Assembly (NCBI GenBank): GCA_040902895.1
Contig: JBBDWL010000081.1
Coordinates: 37,660 to 101,659 of the forward strand
From: Vicinamibacterales bacterium
Lineage (GTDB): Bacteria > Acidobacteriota > Vicinamibacteria > Vicinamibacterales > SCN-69-37
DNA length: 64,000 nt
Reading direction: 5' to 3'
The notes under the pieces were generated by a model, which saw nothing but the letters and a program-made list of their open reading frames with translations, searched no databases and was not told the origin of the DNA. Each line of letters opens with the position of its first letter. Within the stretch, counting starts at the first letter, position 1. The position numbers and the translations under genes were made by a program. Below, in pieces: positions 33,729 to 44,360 of this stretch.

Positions 33729-35087
33729 TCAGTGCGACGCCCTCAACAGCTTCTCGAGCTCCACCAGTCCTTCCTCGACGTTCGTGATCCGCCCGTCCAG
33801 CTGCATCTCGTAAATCTGTTTGAGCAGCACGCCCACGTGTGGACCGGGCGGCACGCCGTGCGCCAGCACGTGGCGCCCCAGCACGAACGGCTTCGGCGCG
33901 CCATGCTCCACGCCCAGCGCGTGCGCGCGTTCGAGAAACCAGTCCATCGCGCTGCAGTCGAAATTTCCCGGCACGCGTCCCAGGCAATCGGCCTTCGCTA
34001 CGCGCGCGAGCAGCTCGAGATCGACCTTGAGCGCGAGTCTGCGGAATGCGCCGTCGCTCACGTTCGGCACCTTGTGGAACGCGCCGGGCTTCAGATGGTT
34101 GGCGACGATGCCAATGACCTGGGTGCGGACGTCGTAGCCATCGAACGACTGGACGTTGAGGCGATCGAGCAGCGACGTCGTGGGCGCCACGCCGGCTTCC
34201 TCGTGGAAGGGCGAACGGATACGCCCATCGATAAATGCCGTCGTCGCGGGCTTTCCCAGGTCGTGGCACAGCGCGCCCAGCATGACGGTGAGAGCCTGTG
34301 GGCGATCCAGATCCGTGATCCGCTCGTGCGCGCGATCGACCACCTGTAGCGTGTGCACCCAGACGTCGCCCTCCGGATGCCACTCGGGCTCCTGCTCGCA
34401 TCCAACCAGGGCTTTCAGCTCGGGAAAGAGTGCGTCGATGACGCCGAGCTCGAGGGCGAGCGCAAAACCGATCGACGGCCTCTCGGCCGAGAGCAGCAGC
34501 TTTTCGATCTCGCCCCAGATCCGCTCCGCGGGCAGATCGTCGAGCGGGATAGCGCTGCAGATGCGCTTCGCCTCATCATCGAGCGCGAGATCGAAGCGCG
34601 CGGCGAACTGCAGCGCGCGAAGCACGCGCAGGCTGTCGTCGGCAAACGTGGATGCGTCGACGACGCGCAGGCGGCGCGCCTCGAGATCGCGGCGTCCGTC
34701 GAACGGATCGAGATATTCGTCCGTCAGCGGATCGAACGAGATCGCGTTGATGGTGAAATCACGGCGGCGGGCGGCCTCTTCGATCGACAGCGACGGATCG
34801 CCGATGACGGTGAATCCCTTGTGGCCGCGGCCCGTCTTCGACTCGTGACGCGGGAGCGACACGTCAATCCCGCCGATCTTGAAGACCGTGAAGCTTTCGC
34901 CGACCGTGTCGACCCTGCCAAACGATTCGAGCAGCGTCTTCAGCGCATCCGCCGGGATGCCGAAGACTTCGATATCGATGTCCTTGGATTCACGCCCCAG
35001 CAGCCGGTCGCGCGCCCAGCCGCCGACGATCAATGCGCGGCCTCCGGCGTCGCGCACCGCGCGGGCAATGTCGGTGGCGAGTGTCAT
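33729..35087 (-). CDS. CCA-adding enzyme / poly(A) polymerase-family tRNA nucleotidyltransferase with HD domain
   Basis: IVGGWARDRLLGRESKDIDIEV, RRDFTINA, HD block LGALCHDLGKP. Confidence 0.8.
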   Translation of the reverse strand: MTLATDIARAVRDAGGRALIVGGWARDRLLGRESKDIDIEVFGIPADALKTLLESFGRVDTVGESFTVFKIGGIDVSLPRHESKTGRGHKGFTVIGDPSLSIEEAARRRDFTINAISFDPLTDEYLDPFDGRRDLEARRLRVVDASTFADDSLRVLRALQFAARFDLALDDEAKRICSAIPLDDLPAERIWGEIEKLLLSAERPSIGFALALELGVIDALFPELKALVGCEQEPEWHPEGDVWVHTLQVVDRAHERITDLDRPQALTVMLGALCHDLGKPATTAFIDGRIRSPFHEEAGVAPTTSLLDRLNVQSFDGYDVRTQVIGIVANHLKPGAFHKVPNVSDGAFRRLALKVDLELLARVAKADCLGRVPGNFDCSAMDWFLERAHALGVEHGAPKPFVLGRHVLAHGVPPGPHVGVLLKQIYEMQLDGRITNVEEGLVELEKLLRASH

Positions 35088-35890
35088 CGGTCGGGTGACC
35101 CCTTGGGGTCCTTCCTACGCCGGCCGTACTTGCGCACGGCCTTGTCCGTGAACGCCGGTGCGATGACGCCGGCAATCGCCAGCGCGCGCGATTTCGCGTA
35201 GGGATACACCTCGGCGCGCGGCTTCAGGATCGCCGCTTCGATTGCCGCGGCCACCGTGTCGGCGCTTTGCCTCGGTCCGAGACCCTGCACCGCGTAGCCA
35301 AAGTCGCGCAGCATCGCCTTATGAAATTCCGTAACCGTGGCGACGGGAAAGACGACAGTAACGTGGATGCCGGTGCCGAGAAGCTCGGCGCGCAGCGACT
35401 CGGCGAATCCGAGCTGCGCCGCTTTTGTCGCGCCGTACACGCTGGTGCCCGGGACGCCGCGGCGGCCGACGATCGACGAGATGATGATCAGATGGCCTGA
35501 GGCCTGCCGCCTGAACACCGGCAGTGCCGCGCGCGCGGCGAGGTACGTGCCCATGAAGTTGACGTCCATCAGGCGGCGCGCGGCATCGGGCGGCGTCTCC
35601 TCGAGCGTGCCGTGAAAGCCGATGCCGGCATTCGCGATCATCACGTCGAGCCGTCCGAACGTCGCGATCGCGCGATCGACGAGCGCCTGGTTATCCGCTT
35701 CGCTCGTGACGTCGCCGGGCACCGCGAGCGCCTGCCTGCCGGCGGCAATCAGCTCGCGGGTGATGGCGGCCAGCCGCTCGGCCCGCCGCGCCGACAGCAC
35801 CACGCTCGCGCCGGCGTCTGCAAGGCGCGTCGCGCAGGCGAGCCCGATGCCGGCCGAGGCGCCGGTGATCGCGACGACGCGTCCATTCAT
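35084..35890 (-). CDS. SDR-family oxidoreductase
   Basis: TGASAGIG cofactor motif, NAG, and the catalytic YGATKAA. Its stop overlaps the next start (ATGA). Confidence 0.85.
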   Translation of the reverse strand: MNGRVVAITGASAGIGLACATRLADAGASVVLSARRAERLAAITRELIAAGRQALAVPGDVTSEADNQALVDRAIATFGRLDVMIANAGIGFHGTLEETPPDAARRLMDVNFMGTYLAARAALPVFRRQASGHLIIISSIVGRRGVPGTSVYGATKAAQLGFAESLRAELLGTGIHVTVVFPVATVTEFHKAMLRDFGYAVQGLGPRQSADTVAAAIEAAILKPRAEVYPYAKSRALAIAGVIAPAFTDKAVRKYGRRRKDPKGSPDR

Positions 35891-35929
35891 GCCTCGCGAT
35901 GATATCCCGGAGGTTTGGCCTGATGTGCT

Positions 35930-38900
35930 TCAGCGACCGAGCTTGCTCCGGGCCTCCGCGATCCATCCGCGTTCCATATCGCCGTCGCCCCAGAGTTCCA
36001 GGAACCGCGCGTACTGCTGGCGCGAGCGAGCAGTATCCCCGCGCCGCTCGTAGATCCCCGCGAGCAGGAAAAAGCTGCGAGCCCACGCTTCGGCCGCGTA
36101 GGCGCGCTCGTGGCCGGCCTGGATCCGCTCGAGTAATGACGCCGCCTCGTCCTCGCGGCCCGCGCTGATATTCGCCAGCGCCGCGGCAAGCCAGAGATCG
36201 CCGTGAGTGGAAGGCGGGCCGATCATCGGTCCGTGAACGGGCAACATGTTCTGAGCTTTGGTCAGTTCCGCCACAGCGGTGCTGCGGCCGTTCTGCATCA
36301 AGGCAATTTCTCCGCGTGCCCAGTGGACCCGCCGCATCTCGCGATCGCTTGGAAGGATCTTCGCCCGGGATTCGAGCAGCGCAACCGTCTTCGCGGCATC
36401 TGCCCTGCGGCCCAATGCTGCTTGCGCGACCGCGAGGAGTTGCAGCGTCTCGAACTCAGGACCGCGGTTGCGCGCGTCGACCAGCGCCAGCTCCGCCTTC
36501 GCCTGTGCGCGCTCGGGCTGTCCCAGCCTCAGGAGCGTCATGGCCTGCCGGTTTCGCGCGACCGCGCGCTGCAAGGGCGGAAGGCCCGCAACTCGAGCGG
36601 AACGCTCCCAGAGGTCCAACGCCGTCTGACCGCGCCCGCGGGCCGCGGCCATGTGTCCAGCCCCGTTGAGACTCAGGAACCGTTCCATCGGGCTCGGCGA
36701 GCGGGCCATCGCCTCCTGCACCGCCTCGGCTTCCGCCCACCGTTCCTGCAGAATGGCGACGGCGCGTCTGCCCATCCGCACACCGAAGTCGAATGGATCG
36801 AGCGCCTCCGATTTCTCGAACGCGGATCTCGCCTCGTCGAGGCGCCCGCCGGCGATCAGGACACCGCCGAGCATGCGCAAACCGTTCGGGTCGTCGGGTC
36901 GCCCCCGCACGAAATCGTCCGCCAGTTCCCGAGCGCGGCGAACGTTTCCCGAAGCGACCAGTATCTCCGCGAAGTTTTCGTATGCCGTCGCATTCGACGT
37001 GCCTCGCCTCAGGAGCTCTTCGTACTGTTCAAGGGCCTCGGGAAATCGCTCCAGAAACAGCAAGACCAGACCAAGGTTGTGGCGCGAGGCCTGGTGCTCG
37101 GGATGCAGGGCCAGGCCCTGCTCATACGCGGCGATGCTCTGCCTTTGCGTCTCCGGGCGCAGGCTGTAGTAGAAGCCCTCGATGTAAAACCGCTCGCGTG
37201 TGGTGAGCCGGTCCGTCAGATCCAGCGCGCGCCTGGCATACGTGTCCCGCTTGTCGTAAAGCCCGAGATTATGGTTCACGACCGCGAGTTTGGCGTACGC
37301 CATTGCGAAGTCCGGATCGACGTCGATCGCTTTCTCGAGGAGGGGCGCGGCCTGCGCCGAGAGGCCCCGCTCGTGGAAGTTCAGGCCTTCCGCGTAGTAT
37401 CGGTACGCGTCGATGGAGGAGGTCGTGATCGCGGTGAGCCCGCGATCGAGTCCCTGCTCTTCTGAGCGCTCTCCGGGGCGCTGCAGCAACGACCCCGGAC
37501 TTCCGGCAGCGAGGACCGCCATGCTGGATTTGAACCGCCGCGTGAGCTCGTCGACAAGCGCAAACAAACCCGCCTCGCCAGGACCCTCGACGCGTTCGGC
37601 GGTCACAATGCGTCCCGTCCGCGCGTCCTGCAGGCGCGCGCTGATGCGGATCGTTCCGCCGGCTCTGATGTAGCTGCCCACGAGCACGTTGTCCACGCCG
37701 GCCCGGTCCGTGATCTCGCGCACGACGTCGGCCGAAATGACGCGATCGTCGGTCCGCCTGATCTCCTGGAGAATCTGTACGAGGCGATCCGTGCCGAGCA
37801 CCTCGAAGTCTGCCGACTGCGACAGATCGGTCACCATCATGTCGGTGAGCCCCGTGCGCATCCAGTCGAGTGAGGCGTCTCCGGTGTTGTTCTCGAAATA
37901 GAGCACGGCCACGGCCGGCTTGCCGGTGGATTTCGAGGGAGAGACGTCCGAAGATCTTCCCGGCCACCACCACAGCAGGCCTGCCGCGATGGCGGCACAC
38001 ACGAGAACCGTTCCACTGAGGGCCCTGTGACGAATCCAGCGATCCGCCAATGGCACCGCGTGCTCACCGAACGGCGGCGTCACGGCCGCCGATGTCGGCG
38101 CTGACTCGAGTCGCCGCCGCGCCGCGCGCAAATCGACGATCAGATCCTTCATGCCTTGATACCGATCGTCGGCATCCTTGGCTGTGCACTTGCTGATGAT
38201 TCGCTGCAGGTCGGCGTTCGCCTCAGCCGGGGTTTCAGCCGTCGCCGGGAGCGGCGGCACCGGCTGCGTGAGGATGGCCTGCATCGTGTCGAGGCTCGAT
38301 CGCCCCTGAAACGCGGGGCGTCCCGTGAGCATTTCGTACAGCGTCACGCCGAGCGCGAAGATGTCGCTGCGATGGTCGACGCGCCCGCCGCGCGCCTGTT
38401 CAGGCGACATGTAGGCGGCGGTGCCGAGGACGAGCCCTGCGCGCGTCTGGGGATCGTGCGCGGTAACCGTCGCCGCCTCCGCGCTCACCGGCTCGACGAG
38501 CTTCGCCAGTCCGAAGTCAATGATCTTCGCATGCCCATCGTCGGTCACCATGATGTTGGCCGGCTTCAGGTCGCGATGGATGATGCCTTTGTCGTGCGCG
38601 CGGGCGAGACCTTCGGCGATCTCCGCGGCCAGCGTGAGCGCGCGCGTCTGGATCAGCGGCCCGCGGCTGAGCGCGTCGCTCAGCTTCTCGCCCCGAATCA
38701 GCTCCATGGCAATGAAGGTGACACCCTCAGCTTCGCCGGCGTCGTGAATCACCGCGACGTGTGGATGCTCGAGGGCAGACGCGGCGCGGGCCTCGTGTAT
38801 CAGCCGAGCGCGCCGTTCCTGATCGCCGACAAGGTCGTCGGGCAGGACCTTGAGCGCGACCTCGCGGCCGAGATTCACATCGACGGCGCGATAGACGACG

Positions 38901-38962
38901 CCCATGCCTCCGCGGCTGATCTCGTCGATGATTTCGTAGTGGGACAGTCTTCTGCCAATCAT
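35930..38962 (-). CDS. Ser/Thr protein kinase with TM segment, TolB-N-like region and extensive TPR repeats
   Basis: GGMGVVYRA, HRDLKPANIM, DFGLAK, YMSPEQ. Hydrophobic segment LVCAAIAAGLLWWW. About 550 aa of C-terminal TPR-like repeats. Confidence 0.85.
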   Translation of the reverse strand: MIGRRLSHYEIIDEISRGGMGVVYRAVDVNLGREVALKVLPDDLVGDQERRARLIHEARAASALEHPHVAVIHDAGEAEGVTFIAMELIRGEKLSDALSRGPLIQTRALTLAAEIAEGLARAHDKGIIHRDLKPANIMVTDDGHAKIIDFGLAKLVEPVSAEAATVTAHDPQTRAGLVLGTAAYMSPEQARGGRVDHRSDIFALGVTLYEMLTGRPAFQGRSSLDTMQAILTQPVPPLPATAETPAEANADLQRIISKCTAKDADDRYQGMKDLIVDLRAARRRLESAPTSAAVTPPFGEHAVPLADRWIRHRALSGTVLVCAAIAAGLLWWWPGRSSDVSPSKSTGKPAVAVLYFENNTGDASLDWMRTGLTDMMVTDLSQSADFEVLGTDRLVQILQEIRRTDDRVISADVVREITDRAGVDNVLVGSYIRAGGTIRISARLQDARTGRIVTAERVEGPGEAGLFALVDELTRRFKSSMAVLAAGSPGSLLQRPGERSEEQGLDRGLTAITTSSIDAYRYYAEGLNFHERGLSAQAAPLLEKAIDVDPDFAMAYAKLAVVNHNLGLYDKRDTYARRALDLTDRLTTRERFYIEGFYYSLRPETQRQSIAAYEQGLALHPEHQASRHNLGLVLLFLERFPEALEQYEELLRRGTSNATAYENFAEILVASGNVRRARELADDFVRGRPDDPNGLRMLGGVLIAGGRLDEARSAFEKSEALDPFDFGVRMGRRAVAILQERWAEAEAVQEAMARSPSPMERFLSLNGAGHMAAARGRGQTALDLWERSARVAGLPPLQRAVARNRQAMTLLRLGQPERAQAKAELALVDARNRGPEFETLQLLAVAQAALGRRADAAKTVALLESRAKILPSDREMRRVHWARGEIALMQNGRSTAVAELTKAQNMLPVHGPMIGPPSTHGDLWLAAALANISAGREDEAASLLERIQAGHERAYAAEAWARSFFLLAGIYERRGDTARSRQQYARFLELWGDGDMERGWIAEARSKLGR

Positions 38963-38990
38963 GGGCGCAACGGCGGCATGATAGCGGAAC

Positions 38991-38996
38991 TACAAT
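38991..38996 (+). promoter_or_regulatory. -10-like TACAAT 6 nt upstream of the M20 peptidase GTG
   Basis: TACAATcctcccGTG, read directly. Confidence 0.3.
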
Positions 38997-39002
38997 CCTC
39001 CC

Positions 39003-40130
39003 GTGCTCCTCGACCTCCTGCGCGATCTCGTCGCCATCGACTCCGTCAATCCGGGCCTTGTACCTGGCGCCCGTGGCGAGGCCGACATTGCGGCGCATTG
39101 CGCCGCGTGGCTGCGCCGCGAAGGCTTCGATGTCGAGGTGCAGGAGGCCGCTCCCGGGCGTCCGAACGTGATTGGCGTGCTCGAGGGCGCGACGCCCGGC
39201 CGCTCGCTCATGTTCTGCGGACACATCGACACGGTCGGCGTCGACGGCATGGCCGCGCCGTTTACGCCCGACGTCCGCAACGGCCGCTTGTACGGCCGCG
39301 GCTCGCAGGATATGAAGGGCGGCGTGGCGGCGATGATGGACGCGGCGCGGCGCGCGAAGGAGCAGTGGACGTCAGGCCGGCTGATCGTTGCGTGCGTCTG
39401 CGACGAGGAATTCGAGAGCATCGGCGCCCAGGCGCTCGTCAAGTCATGGACGGCCGATGCGGCCGTCGTCACCGAGCCGACCGATCTTTCGGTCGCCATC
39501 ACGCACAAAGGATTCGCGTGGATCCAGATCGACACGCGCGGCCGCGCGGCGCACGGCAGCCGTCCTGCCGAAGGGCGCGACGCGATCCTCAGGATGGGCC
39601 GCGTGCTCGCCAGGCTCGAGCGCCTCGGCGTGGATCTCTCGCGCCGCGACGCCGATCCGCTCACCGGACCGCCGTCGCTGCACGCGTCGATCATCGAAGG
39701 CGGCCGCGAGTGGAGCAGTTATCCGGATGCCTGCCAGCTGAAAGTCGAGCGGCGCACCGTGGCCGGCGAAACCGACGCGCAGGTGATGGCCGAGATCGAG
39801 GCGATCCTGTCGGACCTCGAGGCGGCGGATTCGGAGTTCGAGGCTGCCGCCGAGCTCGTCGCCAGCCGCGCGCCCTATGCGCTCGATGCCGGCCACGAGC
39901 TTCCGGTGAGCCTCGCATCGCTCGCGCGCGCTCGCGGCGCCGCCGGCGACATCGCAGGCATGAGCTTCTGGACCGATGCCGCGATTCTGGGCGAAGCGGG
40001 CATCCCGAGCGTGCTGTTCGGCCCCGGCGGCGCCGGACTACACAGCGCAGAGGAGTACGTAACGCTGTCCGATGTTGAGGATTGTGCGACGGTGCTGAGG
40101 GATCTGGCAGAAAAATGGGGACGGGTCTGA
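39003..40130 (+). CDS. M20-family metallopeptidase (ArgE/DapE-like deacylase)
   Basis: LMFCGHIDTV, GRGSQDMKGG, VCDEE, HGSRPAEG. GTG start 6 nt after TACAAT. Confidence 0.8.
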   Translation: MLLDLLRDLVAIDSVNPGLVPGARGEADIAAHCAAWLRREGFDVEVQEAAPGRPNVIGVLEGATPGRSLMFCGHIDTVGVDGMAAPFTPDVRNGRLYGRGSQDMKGGVAAMMDAARRAKEQWTSGRLIVACVCDEEFESIGAQALVKSWTADAAVVTEPTDLSVAITHKGFAWIQIDTRGRAAHGSRPAEGRDAILRMGRVLARLERLGVDLSRRDADPLTGPPSLHASIIEGGREWSSYPDACQLKVERRTVAGETDAQVMAEIEAILSDLEAADSEFEAAAELVASRAPYALDAGHELPVSLASLARARGAAGDIAGMSFWTDAAILGEAGIPSVLFGPGGAGLHSAEEYVTLSDVEDCATVLRDLAEKWGRV

Positions 40131-40180
40131 ATTATTCGCCAGTCGTGGCCGACGAATAATTCAGACCCGTCCCCATTTTT
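40111..40180. terminator. Bidirectional terminator: 28-bp perfect inverted repeat with A5/T5 flanks
   Basis: aaaaatggggacgggtctgaattattcg (40111-38) and cgaataattcagacccgtccccattttt (40153-80) are exact reverse complements. The left arm contains the last 7 codons and the TGA of the M20 gene. Confidence 0.8.
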
Positions 40181-40232
40181 CTGCGCGCGCGGCGGGCCGG
40201 AACCGCTGGGAACGCTCAAGCCCGCCGGCGTG

Positions 40233-40532
40233 TTACGAAGCCTTGCGGATCGGATTGATGGCCGGCTGCGTGCCGAGAGAGTGGCGGCGCGGATCGCCCG
40301 CAAGCGTCACCCGCGGGCGCTCGCCCTCGATTTTCCAGCCCGGTGAGTCATGACCGCACGACGTGCAGCGCAGCAGCATGCGGTCGCCCTCGAAGTGCAG
40401 CACCGAGTGATGACCGTGAAACAGGCCGCAGAAAAACTGGCCCAGCCAAGCCACGAACCGCGCGAGCAGACTTTCCTGCGCGCTGTTGTGCACGTTACCC
40501 ATGGGGAGCCGCTGGGTGTCGTTGATGACCAT
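40233..40532 (-). CDS. Hypothetical small Cys/His-rich protein
   Basis: 99 aa from ATG 40532 (AAGGA-like site upstream). FFCGLFHGHHSVLHFEGDRMLLRCTSCGH suggests a zinc-ribbon-like element. No family recognised. Confidence 0.4.
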   Translation of the reverse strand: MVINDTQRLPMGNVHNSAQESLLARFVAWLGQFFCGLFHGHHSVLHFEGDRMLLRCTSCGHDSPGWKIEGERPRVTLAGDPRRHSLGTQPAINPIRKAS

Positions 40533-40747
40533 GACCGTTCTCGTCCTTTCCCTTCTCTCTACAGTTGTATCTATGCCGTTGTTACGCCAGTTCGGGCGCT
40601 CGGGTTCGACGCCCTCTGTAAATACAAACGACATGCCAGACCGGGCAGTTTGAGTTAGCTAGAGGATTGAAGGACTTACGGATGAACTTACGAATCCGTA
40701 CTGAACGGTTCAGGTGTAACCGGCTACACATTGTCATGCGCCGGGTA

Positions 40748-41662
40748 CTAACGCATGAGGCTCTTCAGTACGAACAGGACATTTGCCGGACGCTCGCCCA
40801 GCCGGCGCATGAAATACGGAAACCATTCCTTTCCGAACGGCACGTACACGCGAAAGGGATACTCGGCCGCAGTAAGCTGCGCCTGCAGATCGCGGCGAAT
40901 GCCGTAGAGCATTTGAAACTCGAAGCGGCTGGTCGCATGGCCCCGCGACGCCGCATGCGCGCGCGTGGCCTCGATCATCGCGGGATCGTGTGTGGCGATC
41001 GCGGGATAGGCGCCCTCGTCGAGCAGCAGCCGCATCAGCTCCACGAACTTCGCATCGACATCGGCCTTCGACGGATACGCCACGTCGCGAGGCTCCTTGT
41101 ACGCGCCTTTCACCAGGCGCACGCGCGCGCCGAGCGCGTTCATGCGGCGCACGTCATCTTCGCTGCGCCGCAGATACGACTGAATCACCACACCCGCATT
41201 GCGATAGCCCTGCTGCCAGAGCGTTTCGAAGATCTCCAGCGTCTGCGCCGTATAGGCGGAGCTCTCCATGTCGATGCGCACGAAAAACTCCTGCGCGGCG
41301 GCGCGGTCGAGGATGCGACGCAGGTTGTCGACCGTGGTCGCCCGGTCGACATCGAGACCGAGCTGCGTGAGCTTCAATGAGATGTTGCGGCCGATGCCCG
41401 CCGCGGTGATGGCGTCGACGACCGCGAGATACTCCCGTGTGGCGGCGGCGGCCGCCGCGATGCTGGCGACGCTCTCGCCCAGATAGTCGAGCGTCACGTG
41501 CATGCCGTCGCGCTCGATCGCGCGCGCGGCCTCGATCGCCTCCTCGACGCGTTCACCCGCGATGAACCGGCGCGCGAAGCTCGACCGACGTCGCATCCCA
41601 TAGCGCGACGCCGCGCGCTTGATTGCCTCGCTGCCGGCGAGGGCGTGAAACAGCGCTTTCAT
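40748..41662 (-). CDS. Proline dehydrogenase (monofunctional PutA-like)
   Basis: 304 aa. FIAGE..EEAI...GMHVTLDYLGE, VRIDMES, VIQSYLRR, VRLVKGAY, ATHD layout typical of the Pro_dh TIM barrel. Confidence 0.8.
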   Translation of the reverse strand: MKALFHALAGSEAIKRAASRYGMRRRSSFARRFIAGERVEEAIEAARAIERDGMHVTLDYLGESVASIAAAAAATREYLAVVDAITAAGIGRNISLKLTQLGLDVDRATTVDNLRRILDRAAAQEFFVRIDMESSAYTAQTLEIFETLWQQGYRNAGVVIQSYLRRSEDDVRRMNALGARVRLVKGAYKEPRDVAYPSKADVDAKFVELMRLLLDEGAYPAIATHDPAMIEATRAHAASRGHATSRFEFQMLYGIRRDLQAQLTAAEYPFRVYVPFGKEWFPYFMRRLGERPANVLFVLKSLMR

Positions 41663-42816
41663 TTCGATGGTTTCTTGTCGGCGCGCAGGTGCTGGATGGT
41701 GCGCGCGTAGTAGCGCAGCACGTGGCGGTTGCGCACGCGGATGCGTCCGCGCGCGTCGATGGCCAGGATGCCGCGCTCGATCATAGGCTCGAGCCCCTCT
41801 TCGAGCGCGCGCGGGCCGGTCATCACCGCCAGGTTGGCCCCCTTTGATTCGAGGACGCGGATGAGCGCGTCGGCGTTCGCGGCCAGCACCGGCCGTTCGA
41901 TGTCGGGCCGCATCACGCTCGCAATGATCGCCGTCGGCAGCACCTTGTAGAGCAGGCCGATCGCCGCCTGAATGCGGTGCGCGAGCCGCACGAGATCGCG
42001 CTTGTTCTCGGGGTCGTATTCCGTGAGCGCAATCGCCTCGCCGAACGTGACGAACGCGCGGCTCTGATATCCGACCGCGAGCCCCACCATCTCCGCCAGC
42101 TCGTGCCGGAACGGCCGCTGCCGCCGCTTGTGCGTTTGGGTCGACAGCATGCGATCCTCGAGCACGAGATCGTACGCCACCGCCATCGGCATCACGAGCA
42201 GCTTCGACCGATCCGCCTGCAGCGCGGCATGCAGCAGGCCCATCTTCGAGGGCTTCAGCTCGCCGCTGTAGCTGCGCCCGCCTTCCGGATAAAAGAGCAG
42301 GTCGCGGCGCTGCAGCAGCTCGGCGACGTACGCCTTGAGCGTCACGAGATACGCCGGATCCTTGCTGTTGCGGCGGATGGGAATCGCGCCCGTCACATGC
42401 CGGTTGATGATGCCGAGCGCTCCGCCGAACAGGTTGATGCCGGCCGCGATCACCGGCGGGCGGATGCCGTTATCGAGCAGGGCGAGCGGCTCCACCAGAT
42501 AGTCGAGATGGCTCTTGTGGTTCGAGACATAGACCACGTGCCCGCGCGCGATGGCGTCGACGACGCGATCGAGATGCTCGTCGATGCGGTCGATCTTCCT
42601 GAAGATCGGATAGAGCGGATGCTTCAGCGCCTTGTAGAACGGATAGCGCTGCGTCGTGCGCAGCTCGTCGAGATAGCCGAGCACGCGCGCGTGCACGTCG
42701 GCGTCGGCCTCGGCATCCGCGCTGTGCAGATAGCGGGCGAGCTCGTCGCGCGCGAGGACGGCCGCGGTGATGTCGTCTGTCACAGGGCGCAACTCTATCA
42801 GGCGCCTTGGCTCCAT
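41659..42816 (-). CDS. Glycerol-3-phosphate/lysophospholipid acyltransferase-like protein
   Basis: HX4D motif in VSNHKSHLDYLV and FYPEGGRSYSGE. ATGA overlap with the downstream gene. Confidence 0.7.
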   Translation of the reverse strand: MEPRRLIELRPVTDDITAAVLARDELARYLHSADAEADADVHARVLGYLDELRTTQRYPFYKALKHPLYPIFRKIDRIDEHLDRVVDAIARGHVVYVSNHKSHLDYLVEPLALLDNGIRPPVIAAGINLFGGALGIINRHVTGAIPIRRNSKDPAYLVTLKAYVAELLQRRDLLFYPEGGRSYSGELKPSKMGLLHAALQADRSKLLVMPMAVAYDLVLEDRMLSTQTHKRRQRPFRHELAEMVGLAVGYQSRAFVTFGEAIALTEYDPENKRDLVRLAHRIQAAIGLLYKVLPTAIIASVMRPDIERPVLAANADALIRVLESKGANLAVMTGPRALEEGLEPMIERGILAIDARGRIRVRNRHVLRYYARTIQHLRADKKPSK

Positions 42817-42823
42817 CTACAAT

Positions 42824-43824
<1,001 letters not shown>

Positions 43825-43828
<4 letters not shown>

Positions 43829-44271
43829 TTCGTCTCCGCCAGACGCGGCGCGAGCATGGCCGCCACGGCTTCCACGAGCTTGCGGTCTTCGTCGCCAAAC
43901 GCCGCGGCCTTGTCGCTGTCGATGTCGATCTCGCCGAGCACGACGCCGTCGAGCATGATCGGCGCGACAATCTCGGACTTCGTGTCCACGCTGCACGCCA
44001 GATACCGCGGATCCGCATTCACATCGTCCACGATAATCGTCTGTTTCTCGGTGGCGGCGGCGCCGCAGATGCCGCGGCCGAGCGGAATGCGCGTGTGCGG
44101 CGACGGTTTGCCGAGATACGGACCGAGCACGAGCTCGTTGCCGTCGAGCAGATAGATGCCGACCCAGCTGTAGTCGGGCCGCTGCTTCAATGTCGCGACC
44201 GCCGCCTGCATGGCGTCATGTGCCGTCGCGGCCCGGTCAATCGCCTCTCGCGCCAAAGCTTCGGTTGCCAT
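43825..44271 (-). CDS. GAF-domain protein, free methionine-(R)-sulfoxide reductase-like
   Basis: 148 aa. YSWVGIYLL...LVLGPYLGKPSPHTRIPLGRGICGAAA...IIVDDV...YLACS..TKSEIVAPI matches the single-GAF fRMsr pattern. Confidence 0.75.
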
Positions 44272-44305
44272 CAGAGGATTATAGGAGGGCAGAGGGGTTG
44301 GGTCG

Positions 44306-44335
44306 TTTGACTATTAGTCAAATGACTAGTAGTGT
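44306..44335 (+). promoter_or_regulatory. Predicted padR promoter with 17-bp perfect palindrome operator
   Basis: tTTGACTattAGTCAAa (44306-22) contains a -35 TTGACT. A 17-nt spacer leads to TAGTGT (44330-35). GGAGG at 44351-55 sits 5 nt before GTG 44361. Confidence 0.6.
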
Positions 44336-44360
44336 GAAGACTGCCGATCTGGAGGTGCGA

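Noticed and set aside
40590-40625. The gggttcgacgccc segment, which resembles a tRNA T-arm.
   Set aside because: I could not build a 5-bp T-stem around a TTCRA loop, nor an acceptor, anticodon or D arm, on either strand. There is no cloverleaf.
44190-44360. The longer PadR ORF starting at 44190 or at ATG 44322.
   Set aside because: It would place the palindromic operator and promoter inside the coding region and add a non-PadR Pro/Arg-rich extension. GTG 44361 has GGAGG at ideal spacing and gives a typical ~120-aa PadR.
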